Assembly (NCBI RefSeq): GCF_009914755.1
Contig: NC_060938.1
Reading direction: 5' to 3' (one strand)
Source: the human T2T-CHM13v2.0 reference genome, Homo sapiens
DNA: 64,000 bases
This document shows positions 51,501 through 64,000 of the stretch, in pieces (within the stretch, counting starts at the first letter, position 1; each line of letters opens with the position of its first letter). The position numbers and the translations under genes are program-made. The notes beneath the pieces are model-generated. The model ran no database searches. It had not been told where the DNA came from and saw nothing but the letters and a program-made list of their open reading frames with translations.

Positions 51501-51742
51501 CTTTCCACCCCGCCTCCTCTCCCCCCTCACCCCGTTTCTTCTAACATTGTAGTCATTTGTGTCATCTTTCCTTCGTTTGTTCCCCGAGTTGCACCGGTTT
51601 CTGTTTCACCTCTTCCTATTTTCTGGCCCTCACCTTCTGACATCTCTTCCCTAAGTGTCTACATTTCCATGCTAATAATTTTCCTTTGTACTGCTATTAA
51701 ATTATTTTTTTAAATTCATAGAAGAATGTTTGATCATAGTAT

Positions 51743-52040
51743 TTTGTTTGTTTGTTTTTGAGATGGAGTCTCGCTCTGTCGCCCAGGCTGGAGTGCAGTG
51801 GTGTGATCTCGGCTCACTGCAACCTCTGCCTGCTGGGTTCAGGTAATTCTCTGCCTCAGCCTCCCGAGTAGCTGGGATTACAGGGGCATGCCACCATGCC
51901 TGGCTAATTTTTTTGTATTTTTAGTAGAGACGAGGTTTCACTATCTTGGCCAGGCTGATCTTGAACTCCTGACATCGTGATCCACCTACCTTGGCCTCCC
52001 AAAGTGCTGGGATTACTGGCCTGAGCCACTGCACCTGGCC
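51743..52040 (-). mobile_element. Alu (AluS-like), TSD TGATCATAGT
   Basis: Repeats at 51731-51740 and 52041-52050. Confidence 0.93.
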
Positions 52041-52886
52041 TGATCATAGTTTTTATTTGTTCCATGCCACCATTTTTTCTGAGTGTTCTTCATTTGTAGG
52101 AAAGTTTGCTCCTCTTTTCAGTAGTTTTTCTCCTAGTATTTTTGTATGAAAAATGTGACTACTTTCTTTTGGTTATTAATATTATTAATAGAAAGAACTG
52201 GCTGTCCTTGGGCCAGTCATCTGCAGAGGGTTTCTGCAGGATGTGGCAGGATGGGATGGGGTGGGGGAAGACAACTTGGATCAGGTAAAGACTCTAAATT
52301 AGGAAATTTCCAAGCTCCCTATTTTCATCCTGCAGTATGGGGTTATTTCCTTCAAATAAAGCCCCTCTTTGGTGTGGCCAAGACCTCTTCTTCATTTTCA
52401 AACCTGATCAAGTTCAGGAAGGCTTCTACCACCATCCCTGTTCTCAGCTGCTCTGCTAATGGCTGCCTCCAGGGTAATATCATCGCCTTGGGAAGGTGCA
52501 TTTTTTTATTGTGTTTCTGTGGACCTGGCACTTCTGGGTACTTTCAGTGGCTTTTCTCTCCACCTCCCCCAGCATCCATGCCCTGTTCTATCTCAGGTTG
52601 GCTTTTGGCAGTTCTCAAGACAGCATGATACCCTCTTTTTAAAGAGCACATCTGAGACTGACTTTACTAATCTCCCTTGCCCCAGCTATTTTCAAGCCAG
52701 CTCCAAATGGCTTCCTACACAACTCCACCTGTCTCTAAGGCCATTGCCAACAGTTCTACATAATTTGAAGTGTGATTATTATTATTATTTTTTCTGAAAA
52801 AATATTTCTTATTGCTCTGCTTCCTCTTCAGGAAAAGAAGAAAGATCCAGAATGAAATTGTAACCTCTTTCATACTAGAATATTTA

Positions 52887-53114
<228 letters not shown>

Positions 53115-53604
53115 CTAATTAGAGAAAAATAAGAATTTGTCATTTCTCTTGTAGTGATCAGCCTTACATTTTCGAATAGCCAGGAAATTAATATCTCTTT
53201 GCAGGAGGCCTGCTTCTGATTTCAGTTCATATAATTTCTCAGCAACCACTGAGAGGAATATTTTTTTCCTCCAGAAATTAAGTTCTTCACCAAGTGATAT
53301 TTTTATAAATATGACATGAGGAGTGGGGAGGGTAGAGGACAGTGAGTGAGCAGAGGGTAACTATAAAAGCTTAAAGAAATGATACATGGGCTCATATTTT
53401 TAGAGGTAATTCCCCTAAAGACTAACCTCAAGTAAGTTTCTGGTTACATGCTTCAAAAGCATATTCTACTGTATTTGCTAATTCTCTCTAGTTAATATAC
53501 AGCAAGTGAATACATTTCCTAAGAAAATCAAATAACTCACTCTAAACATGAAATCAGCAGAAAGGAAAATACTTTTTAATAAGATAGGATTTAATTAAAT
53601 ATTA

Positions 53605-53928
<324 letters not shown>

Positions 53929-54255
53929 CTACACACATTGCATGAAAAAGTAAGACAAAACATTAACTGCCTCAATTCTGTCTCTGCAAGTTGCTTCAGA
54001 GTAAGAAGTTACATCTACACTTCCAATAGAACAGCGAACAAAGCACACCTGGCAGCTTGCCTCCTTCAGGTAAAGGATAGAAATGAGGAAGGCTTGGGGC
54101 AAGTGGAAAATGAGGCCCAGGCAGAAATAGTAATAGAATTACCTAAATTACCGGATGTGCTACTGATAGATTTCAAACTTCTGCTTTCTCAAATTTTTCT
54201 CCACCACAACATTAAAAAGCTACATATTTGAAGAATGGTAAAAATGTGCAATTAG

Positions 54256-55080
<825 letters not shown>

Positions 55081-55634
55081 CTAAGTATAAGCAAGAGCTT
55101 TTTAGCTGCACTGATCTAAATACAGTATTTTACATGTATCATCTCATTTACATTCACAGCTACTTTATAAGGTAGATACTGTTATCCTTCCCCACTTTAT
55201 AGGGATGGGAGCAAAGAGAAGTGATTAAATAACTTAGCCTTGGTCACAGAGCTAATAAGGACAGCAACCAAAGCAGGCCATCTGCAGAGCCAGTAGCCTT
55301 CACGCCACCTTCCTCTCTTACCATACCTGTCACCTCCCCTACTGGTTCACAAAGAGGCCTGGATGAGCAAAAGGCATTGCACAAATATTAGCAATTTTAC
55401 TCTTTGGTGACCGCACTTGATTGAAATGGAAAACTTTGATTCTGTTCAATGCCAAAAAAAAAAAAATCAAATTAACCAATACATCTAGATCCGAGAGAAT
55501 TTACACATAATTTAGGAAAATCATTCCCTTGGGTTCTAGTAACAACAAGTACTCTGCACTGTTCATTAAGATAACATATACTGCTGATAACACAAAACAC
55601 AAATAAACTTTTTTTTTTTTTTTTTTTTTTTTAC

Positions 55635-55706
55635 CATCTCTGACTTTCTCTTTCCAGGTTAGCACTCAGGATTTTGATTTGTTGCTGATACACTGTTTTT
55701 GTTGCT
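55635..55706 (-). CDS. CCDC175: CCDC175 exon ((Q)ATKTVYQQQIKILSANLERESQR)
   Basis: ttctttttag| acceptor, TG|GT(A)24 donor, 72 nt, phase 2 to 2. Confidence 0.9.
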
Positions 55707-58287
55707 CTAAAAAGAAAAACATATTGGATTTTGCATTTATGGGAGCTGTTAGAATATACAATAGACTCTATACGCATAATTTGTATGCTCAGTAAGGCTA
55801 TAGTCTAATTGGGAGACAAAATAAGCCTTGTGAAACAACTAAACATTTCAGTGGCAGACTGATAGACAATTGCAATTCTATGTTAGTGCAAACTGATTCT
55901 GCAACGGTTGTGGTGAATAGCCAAGGATAGAGAAGAGATTTCTGGGGAGGCAACTGATGAAGGGTTACTAGAGGTTAATGTTTCTCAGAGGGAGGAATGT
56001 GGATTGCCAGAATGGAGGTGCAATCTTACCAAGGAAAGGGTGTCATCATTTGCAAATACAGAGGGAAGGAACAGCAAGTCAGGCCTCTGCTATGACTTAA
56101 GTTAGGCTTGCTGTATACAGAGGACATGAAGGAAAGAATAACCCTATGACACAAGAGGAAGTAAGGTCAACACATTGTTGAGGAACTCCAGACCCTAGAT
56201 TGAGCTCTGATTTGATATAATATACAATTCAGAAAGCCAATATAGTTTCTTGAACTGGGGAAAAGTACTAACTAAGGATAGAAGATTTTCTTGTGGTAGG
56301 ATGGATGGAAATGTGAAGATTCCAACATAGGTAACAGAAGCCTTTATTTTTATCCCCAGCCCCGCCTTTTCCCTATTAAGTGATTCTTGGACAGAAATGA
56401 ATTGAAAGCCACATAAGTAAAATGCTGCTTTATATCTTTTGAAAGAAATATTCACAAATGAAACTTAGAATAGGAAACACTCTTAAATAAACTAGAAACA
56501 TACCTGTTCTCGTGTTTCTTTGTCTGTTTGAAACTGTAGTATGGACTCTCAATTTCCTACCAAAATAAATCTAATATCCTCCTCTGGATCTCTAAGGGTC
56601 TTCACAATTCACCCCAACCTTACTGATTTTGTTTATTTACATATTTAATGTAATCCATAAAGAACTTGAACCAGTTTAAAATAAAGCAACAATAATATAA
56701 AAAAATCCTAAATGGATAATAACATTGGGCCACAAATTTGGCTTTGAGATTCCTGGTGACCAGAGCAATTATGCACAGTAACTGACTATAAAATTTGCAT
56801 TATTCATGAGGAACATAAAACCTGATTCAGTCCAAATCGATCTTCCTCCTCTTTTATTAGTAGTTCGTAGTTTTCCTTATGAAGCTGACATAATTGGAAA
56901 CAGATGTTTGAATATATTATTTAACAATATGGGGACAACCATTCAAGCAAGGAACCTATGCTTCCTGTCACATTCCAGATATCTGTTGGTATGTGCTTGA
57001 ATTTTCATCACCCCCTACCTTAGTTCTATAAGCTGGCTTCTTGATTGTCCTATATTTAAATCATGTGTCTCCCTTTGTGTGGTGATATCATTCTCCCATA
57101 CAATGAGCACAGAAAAATCTGACTTGCTTTTAAAGGTCTAGTTCAAATTTTAAATCCTATATAACGAAGGACTCCTTGATTTCACTTTCATGCCCGACTG
57201 TTTTATATAATTCACTGTCATACATGGTTTATTTTTCACCATCATATGTGGTTCATTAATTATTTCATATGTGTTAGTCTTGCTTCTCTGCCCAACTGAA
57301 CTATAAGCTCCTTATGCTCAGTCTTAATGTGTACAATGGTAGAATATTTACATAGGTCATTTTGACAATCATTATAAAAGTGAAAAATATGCATCCTCCT
57401 TTGATCCAGCACTTCAACTTTTAGGACTTTATTACAAAAAAAAAGTCATATGGGTAGAGAGAGATATGTTAACTTCAAATATTTGTAATATAGGCAACAG
57501 ACAAAAGTAAATCTCCATCAATAGAGTGCTGGTTAAATACAGTATAGTATAATGTGTATTATACTATAATCTGCATAGAATACTATGCAGTTAGAGAAAA
57601 GATTGAGATATATTGAGAATATATATATATTCTCTTTGTTTTGAAATAGTTTTAAACTCAACAGGTAAGCATAAAAAAATAGTACAAAGAATTCCCATAT
57701 ATCCTTCACCAAATTCTCCAACTGTTAACATTTTACCTTATTTGTTTTATCATCCTCCTAGGTATAATTTTAAGTGGAACAAATTCAGTTATAGTAGAGT
57801 ATAATCCAATTTTTGGATACATACATATAAATATATATTTGAAAGCATATATTGTAAACTGTTAACAGTGATTATGCCTGTGGAGAGATGGAGATTTTAG
57901 GGTAACTTTTATTCTCTAAGTTATGCATTTTATATATGAATTTTAAAATCATGTACAGGTATTATTTTTTAATCAGAAAAAAATTAAAATTAAAATGACT
58001 TAGAATGCAGAAATGAACATCAATGGGACTCAGTGTTGTGATAATGTTCAGGCACATTCTTGTCACTGCACCCCAACTGGTCCATTCCTGGGGCCCAGGA
58101 GCTCCCATAGAATTCAGAACCTGTTTATCCTTTCAATGAAAAAGTCCATGAGAGTGACTTCCAGACTGTGAAACAGAGAGAGCTAGTTCTAAACTTCCTT
58201 TTCTGTAGTATGTTAGAAATCAACATAGATTTACTGCTATCATTTATTAAAAAATAAATGCAGAGAAAGTAAAGATAAAAAATTTCA

Positions 58288-58503
<216 letters not shown>

Positions 58504-58589
58504 TCATGAGCTATTTGCTACATAAATTATTAAAAAATAGAAAGCAAGTCTTTTTGCTAGTGGTAGCTAGATCTAAATTTATGCAAAGG

Positions 58590-59326
58590 ATTTTCTTTTT
58601 TTCAAATTTTTTCCCAGCTAATTTTTGTACTTTTGTAGAGATGGGGTTTCCCTGTGTTGCCCAGGCTGGTATCAAATGCCTGGTCTTATGCGATTGGTCC
58701 ATGTTGGCCTCCCAAAGTGCTGGATTACAGGCGTGAGCCACTGCGCCCAGCATACACATAGGATTTTCATAAAATTTATGAAAATTCCCAAGCCACTGAA
58801 AGAATATTCACCACAATAGTAACCACAAAACAACAAGAACAGTTGTGTAGTGCTCCATGTCTCTGAGTGGGTGTGTCTCTCCTAACGTGCTTATCAATTC
58901 TGTCATGTTCTTCCGTGGAAGGTGAAGGAGTCAGTCAGATTAATTTTGCATATTGGCTCTACCTTTTAATAAGAGTGTGATCTTAAGCTAACAATTAGCT
59001 TCACCTGTGAATAAGCTTCAGTTTCACCAGCTATAAAATGAGAATTACAATGCCTAGCTCAACGGATGAATGAATTTAATAAGATGTAAAGTGCTCCTCT
59101 CAGCGTGTGGATTGATAAGGGTTTTTTTTGTTTGTTTTGTTTTGAGACGGAGTCTGGCTCTTGTCGCCCAGGCCAGAGTGCAATGGTATGATCTTAGCTT
59201 ACTGTAACCTCCGCCTCCTGGGTTGAAGCGATTCTCCTGCCTCAGCTTTCAGAGTAGCTGGGATTACAAGCACCCGCCACCATGCCCAGCTAATTTTTTG
59301 TATTTTTAGTAGAGATGGGGTTTCAA
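58590..59326 (-). mobile_element. Two partial Alus (left monomer 58590-58750; truncated Alu 59122-59326) among MIR-like fragments
   Basis: Reverse Alu motifs. Confidence 0.8.
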
Positions 59327-59465
59327 GTAGTTATTTTTTTGTCTCAAATTGCAGGAGAAAATAATGAGGCTCAGAGAAGTTTATAGTCTTGTTCAAATGC
59401 CCAGCTATTGATAGGAAGCTGCCTGTATCAGAAAGTATTTTATCTAAGTGACTCATCTTCCAAAC

Positions 59466-59975
59466 TGCTGTGGACTGAATTGTGCCTCCCCCATCTCCAG
59501 AATTTATCTGTTGAAATGCTAACCCCCAACATGATGAAGAAATAGAGAGATTTGGGTAATTTTTACTCTCTAAGCTATACATTTCTATATTTGAATTTAA
59601 AAATCAAGTACAGGCATTGCTTTTTTCATGAGAAAAAATTAAAATTTAAAGTGCTTTAGAATGGCAGAAAGGAACATTGTGGGGCATTAGTGTCGTGATA
59701 ATGCTCGAGCATATTATAAAGATGGGGCCTTTGGGGAAGTGATTAGGTTTGGATGAGGACATGAGGGTGGGACCTTATAAAAGAAAGACACCAGACAGAC
59801 AGCATGTTCTCTCTCCACCCTGTGAAGACACAGAGAGAAAGCGGCTGGGTGGCTGTAAGCTAGAAAAGGGCCCTCACTCAGACTTCCAGCCTCCAGAACC
59901 GTGAGAAAATCAATTTCTGTTGCTTAAGCAGCCAGTCTATGGTATTTTGTTATGGCAGCCTGAGCTGCTGAGACA
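59466..59975 (+). mobile_element. MLT1A/B-like LTR carrying a foreign insert at about 59535-59715
   Basis: TGCTGTGGACTGAAT...ctaacccccaacatga | insert | gatggggcctttgggg...gacttccagcctccagaaccgtgag...gagaCA; TSD CAAAC/GAAAC. Confidence 0.82.
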
Positions 59976-60040
59976 GAAACCAGTAATGATAGCAAATGTT
60001 TTCATTTTTGTCAATAGATTTTAAAACTAGGATAAGTTTA

Positions 60041-60259
<219 letters not shown>

Positions 60260-60884
60260 CTAGAGAAAAACAAAGGAGGTGAATGAGAGGACTGGCTTCA
60301 CTGCTCCTCTGAGGCCATCTGCATCAGGTGGCAACTCGGAGAGCACCTGGGATATTGCTTAGCCCACCGTGAATATGCCATAAATGCCGAGTGATTTAAT
60401 TCTATAGCAAACATACAACTGTATATTTTGAGACCTCTACTATAAATTTTTTTAAGTATAGAAAAATAGTAAACCCTGCTGCAAAACCATAGAGTAATAA
60501 TCCATATTGAAATGCAAAATGGGATGAATAAACTGTGACTGCTGAGCAACGTTAGTATGTCCTTTTCCAGAATATAAACTATAGAAAATGTAACATCCTC
60601 AGAAGCTCTTCCTCAAAACATTTTTGAGTTGATATTATGCTTGCTTCTTGTGAAATATTTCTATTTGAGGACAAAAAATAGTACCCACCAGTGTTCTACA
60701 TGAGATCAGAATTTTTTGCTTATTAAATTGCTTCAAACGAGGTAAGAAAGTCAAGTTTAGCGGAAACAATGGGCTGAATAGTTCAAAACAACCTTCTATC
60801 TGAGGACAACTAAAATAGCTACATGAAAAAATATTTGTAGAAGTGTTGAAGAACTCACAAGATAACAAAGAATTATTCAAAAAA

Positions 60885-61443
60885 CAAAAATAGAATTACT
60901 ATTCAACCCAGCAATCCCATTACTGAGTATATACCCAAAGGAAAATAAATTAATCTACCGAAAGGATACCTGTGCTCATGTTTATTGCTGCACTATTCAG
61001 AATAGCAAAGACATGGAATCAACCCAGGTGCCCATGAACAGTGGATTGGATAAAGAAAATGTGGTAATAATACACCATGGAACATTATGCAGCCATAAAA
61101 AAGAATGAAATCATATCCTTTCTAGCAACATGGGTGCACCTAGAGGCCATTATCCTAAGTGGATTAATGCAGAAGCAGAAAATGAAATACTGCATATTCT
61201 CATTTATAAGTAGGAGCTAAATATTAGGTATACATGGACACAAAGATGGGAACAATAGACACTGGGACTCCAAAAAGATGGAGGGAAGAAGTGGGGAAGG
61301 GTTGGAAAACTACCTATTGGGTATTATGTTCACTACTTGGGTGACGGGATCATTAGCAGCCCAAATCTCAGCATTATGCAATATACCCTTGTAATAAACC
61401 TGCACATGTGCTTGAATCTAAAAAAATAAAAATAAAAAATAAA
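60885..61443 (+). mobile_element. L1PB-like 3' end
   Basis: cccagcaatcccattactg...tacctattgggtattatgttcactacttgggtgac...A-rich tail. Confidence 0.85.
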
Positions 61444-61679
61444 GGATAATAGGTGATTGCTAGGCCTAATTCTAGGAGAATGAAGAATCCAGAGCGGTAA
61501 GGCTAGCACTTAAAATTCCTCTGCCTTGAAAACACTTACTAACATAGAAGAAACCACTTGAAAACCAAGTTTTGGGTTTTTTTGCATGGCAAGTGGAACA
61601 AAAGCCAACATGTAATGCTCATCCAGGTGTTGAGCCTACATAAACCTCCCACTATTTTAGTCTGGGATTCCAAAGAGCT

Positions 61680-63290
61680 TCACCCTTTGGAAGGCTGAGG
61701 CAGGAGGATTGCTTGAGACTGGGAGGTCCGAGGCTGCAGTGAGCCATGATCATACCACTGCACTCTAGTCTGGGTGACAGAGTGAGATCCTGTCTCAAAA
61801 ATAAATAAATAAATAAATAAAAAAGAATGCACAATTAAAAGATGAACAAATATCTAGAGCTTCTCAACATTTGAGTAAAATCAATACTGTAAAACAAAGC
61901 AATCAAAATCTACTATAGGCCAGGTGTGGTGGCTCGTGCCTGTAATCCTAGCACTTTGAGAGGCGGAGGTGGGAGGATCACTTGAGCCCAGGAGTTAGAG
62001 ACCAGCCTGGGCAACACAGGGAGAATAGGACAAAAGAAACAGGTGAGGACATAATGGCTGAAAATTTTGCAGAACTTATGAAATATAGAAATTCTCAGAT
62101 TTAAGAAGCCAAATAAATCCCAAGGAGGAAAAATGAAAAGAAAATTTGGACACATCATAGTGCAACTGAACAGCTAAGGCAAAGGGAACAAAGAAGATCT
62201 AAAACAAAAGACATATGCCATGTTAACGGATTGGAAGCCTCAATACTGTGAAAATGTGAAACCCTCTTCAAACTGATTTACAGATTTAACACAATCCCAA
62301 TCAAAATCCAAACAGGTTTTTTGGAAGAACGTGACAAAATTGAAAAGGTCAAGAATAGCTGGAACACTTTTGAAGAACAAAGGTGAAGGATTTATACCAC
62401 TGGCCATAAAAACTCATTTTAAAGGTACTAATTAAGACAATATTGTTTTAGTGTGAGGAGAGATGAATAGTTCAAATGAATAGAGTCAACAATCCACATA
62501 TACATTTATGATCTATACTTGATTTATGACAATAGTATGACCACAATGTAGTGAAGGAAAGGATTGTATTTTCAGTAAATGGTGCTGGTTAATTGGACAA
62601 CCTTATGGAAAAATATGAATCTTGACCACTATCTCAAAGCACATACACATAAATTCCAGATGGTTCGTAGTCTTAAATGTGAAAGGTCAAACAACAAAGC
62701 TTCTCAATGGTAACAGAAGAGAATAGTCTCATGACATAGGACATAGAGAACATTAACTAAAAAGATTGATAAACTGGACTTCATTAAAATTAATAAATTA
62801 TATTCATCAAAAATATGTACATAAATATTGTATATTTATGGTTTATGTATTGTTCTGTAATGTGTAATATTTTATAATAACAAAGCTAAATCCAACAATG
62901 CCACTGCTGGGTATATATCCCAAGGAAATGAAATCAGTATGGCAAAGAGATATCTGTACTTCTATGTTCATTGCAGCACTATTCAGAGTAGCTAAGATGT
63001 AGAATCAACCTAGGTGTTCATCAGCCGATGAATGGATAAAGAAAATGTATACATGCACAATTGAATATATTCAGCCTTAAAAAAGAAGAAATTCTTGTCA
63101 TTTGTGACAACATGGATGAACCTGGAGGACATCATGTTAAGTGAAATAATTCAGGTACAGAAAAACAAATATTACATGATCCCAATTATACGCAAAATCT
63201 AAAAAAAAACTGAACTCAGAAGTAGAGAGTAGAATGGTGGTTGCCAAGGGCTGGTGAGGGAGGGGAGATGCTGGGAAAAAAAGGTAAAGT
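61680..63290 (+). mobile_element. Alu monomers (61680-61825, 61918-62020) and old L1M/L1MA fragments
   Basis: Alu arm motifs; L1 motifs (caatcccaatcaaaatcc, atggatgaacctggaggacat). Confidence 0.75.
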
Positions 63291-64000
63291 TTGAGTTGAA
63301 TGTCAATCTTTGAATGTTCCTCCAATAACTCATGAGAATTATGATTGGATGTCACTAAGAGCCCATAGTTTCTACCCTAGTGAAAATAATAAATAAGCAA
63401 GAGCCTTGCATTCTTTGAAGTGATCACTCACTTATAACCATGGAATTTGGCTAAGGGCTATGGATTAAAGGAAAACTCTTTGACCAAGTAAGCCATGCCA
63501 GTTTAGGGGTCCTAGACTGTTCAGAAAATCATGTGGGCTAGAAAATGTGGAGTTATTGTCAGAAAGTTGTCTACTAGCTTCTGCAGTAGGAAACAAATGG
63601 GAGGAAAAATAATATTTTGCTCACAAAATGAAAGACAAATTCGAAACCAACCAACCAGCCAACAAACCAACCTTGTCTGGTTTCTGTCTGTTGTTAGGTA
63701 TCCTTGCAAATAAAAGAATCACAGTAGCCCAGAGGGGAAGCCATCTCTCATGCTGATAGCTCACAAAAGCAAAAATGGAAAGCATTTAATTGGTACAAAT
63801 CATTCTTCTGGGAGGGAGCTGCCTTTGATATCCCTGATGAGCCTCAGGGCATGGGTACAGAGGCAGATATTATGCTTTGTAAAAGAGGGAGAAGAATTTG
63901 GATGTGGGGTGGTATCCTACAGCAAGAAGATAGATGAGGAACTGTGAGAGAAAGAAAAGGTGGTGAACAAGATGGCTTTGTGCTCTGCAACAGGATTTCT

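Noticed and set aside
52146-52797. Overlapping 160-aa and 112-aa ORFs antisense to CCDC175
   Set aside because: No recognisable domain or exon structure; composition resembles decayed repeat sequence.

Overview
Primate, almost certainly human, genomic DNA matching the JKAMP/CCDC175 locus (recalled as chr14q23.1); this is not prokaryotic DNA. On the + strand I can rebuild JKAMP exons 2-7 (1645-19021) with consistent splice phases, plus an in-frame alternative coding 5' exon at 3-48. On the - strand, 12 phase-consistent coding exons give the C-terminal 448 aa of CCDC175 (60259 down to stop at 20188). The genes converge tail-to-tail: the last CCDC175 coding exon lies inside the putative long JKAMP 3' UTR, and the distal JKAMP AATAAA is, on the other strand, part of the polypyrimidine tract of the CCDC175 terminal splice acceptor. 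Much of the rest is transposon-derived: a full-length but inactivated L1PA4-like element with a 16-bp TSD, about 20 Alus, an LTR3 solo LTR nested inside an Alu, MLT2A, MST, MLT1 and MER21 LTRs, Tigger/MER DNA transposons, and old L1M/L2/MIR fragments. Three diverged local duplications of 150-240 bp are not explained by the repeats. Most ORF-track entries are Alu/L1 artefacts. I found no convincing novel multi-gene system; the best leads concern sense/antisense overlap, splicing and TE-driven regulation. Repeat subfamily names and CCDC175 exon numbers (assuming 20 exons) are from memory, not from a search.
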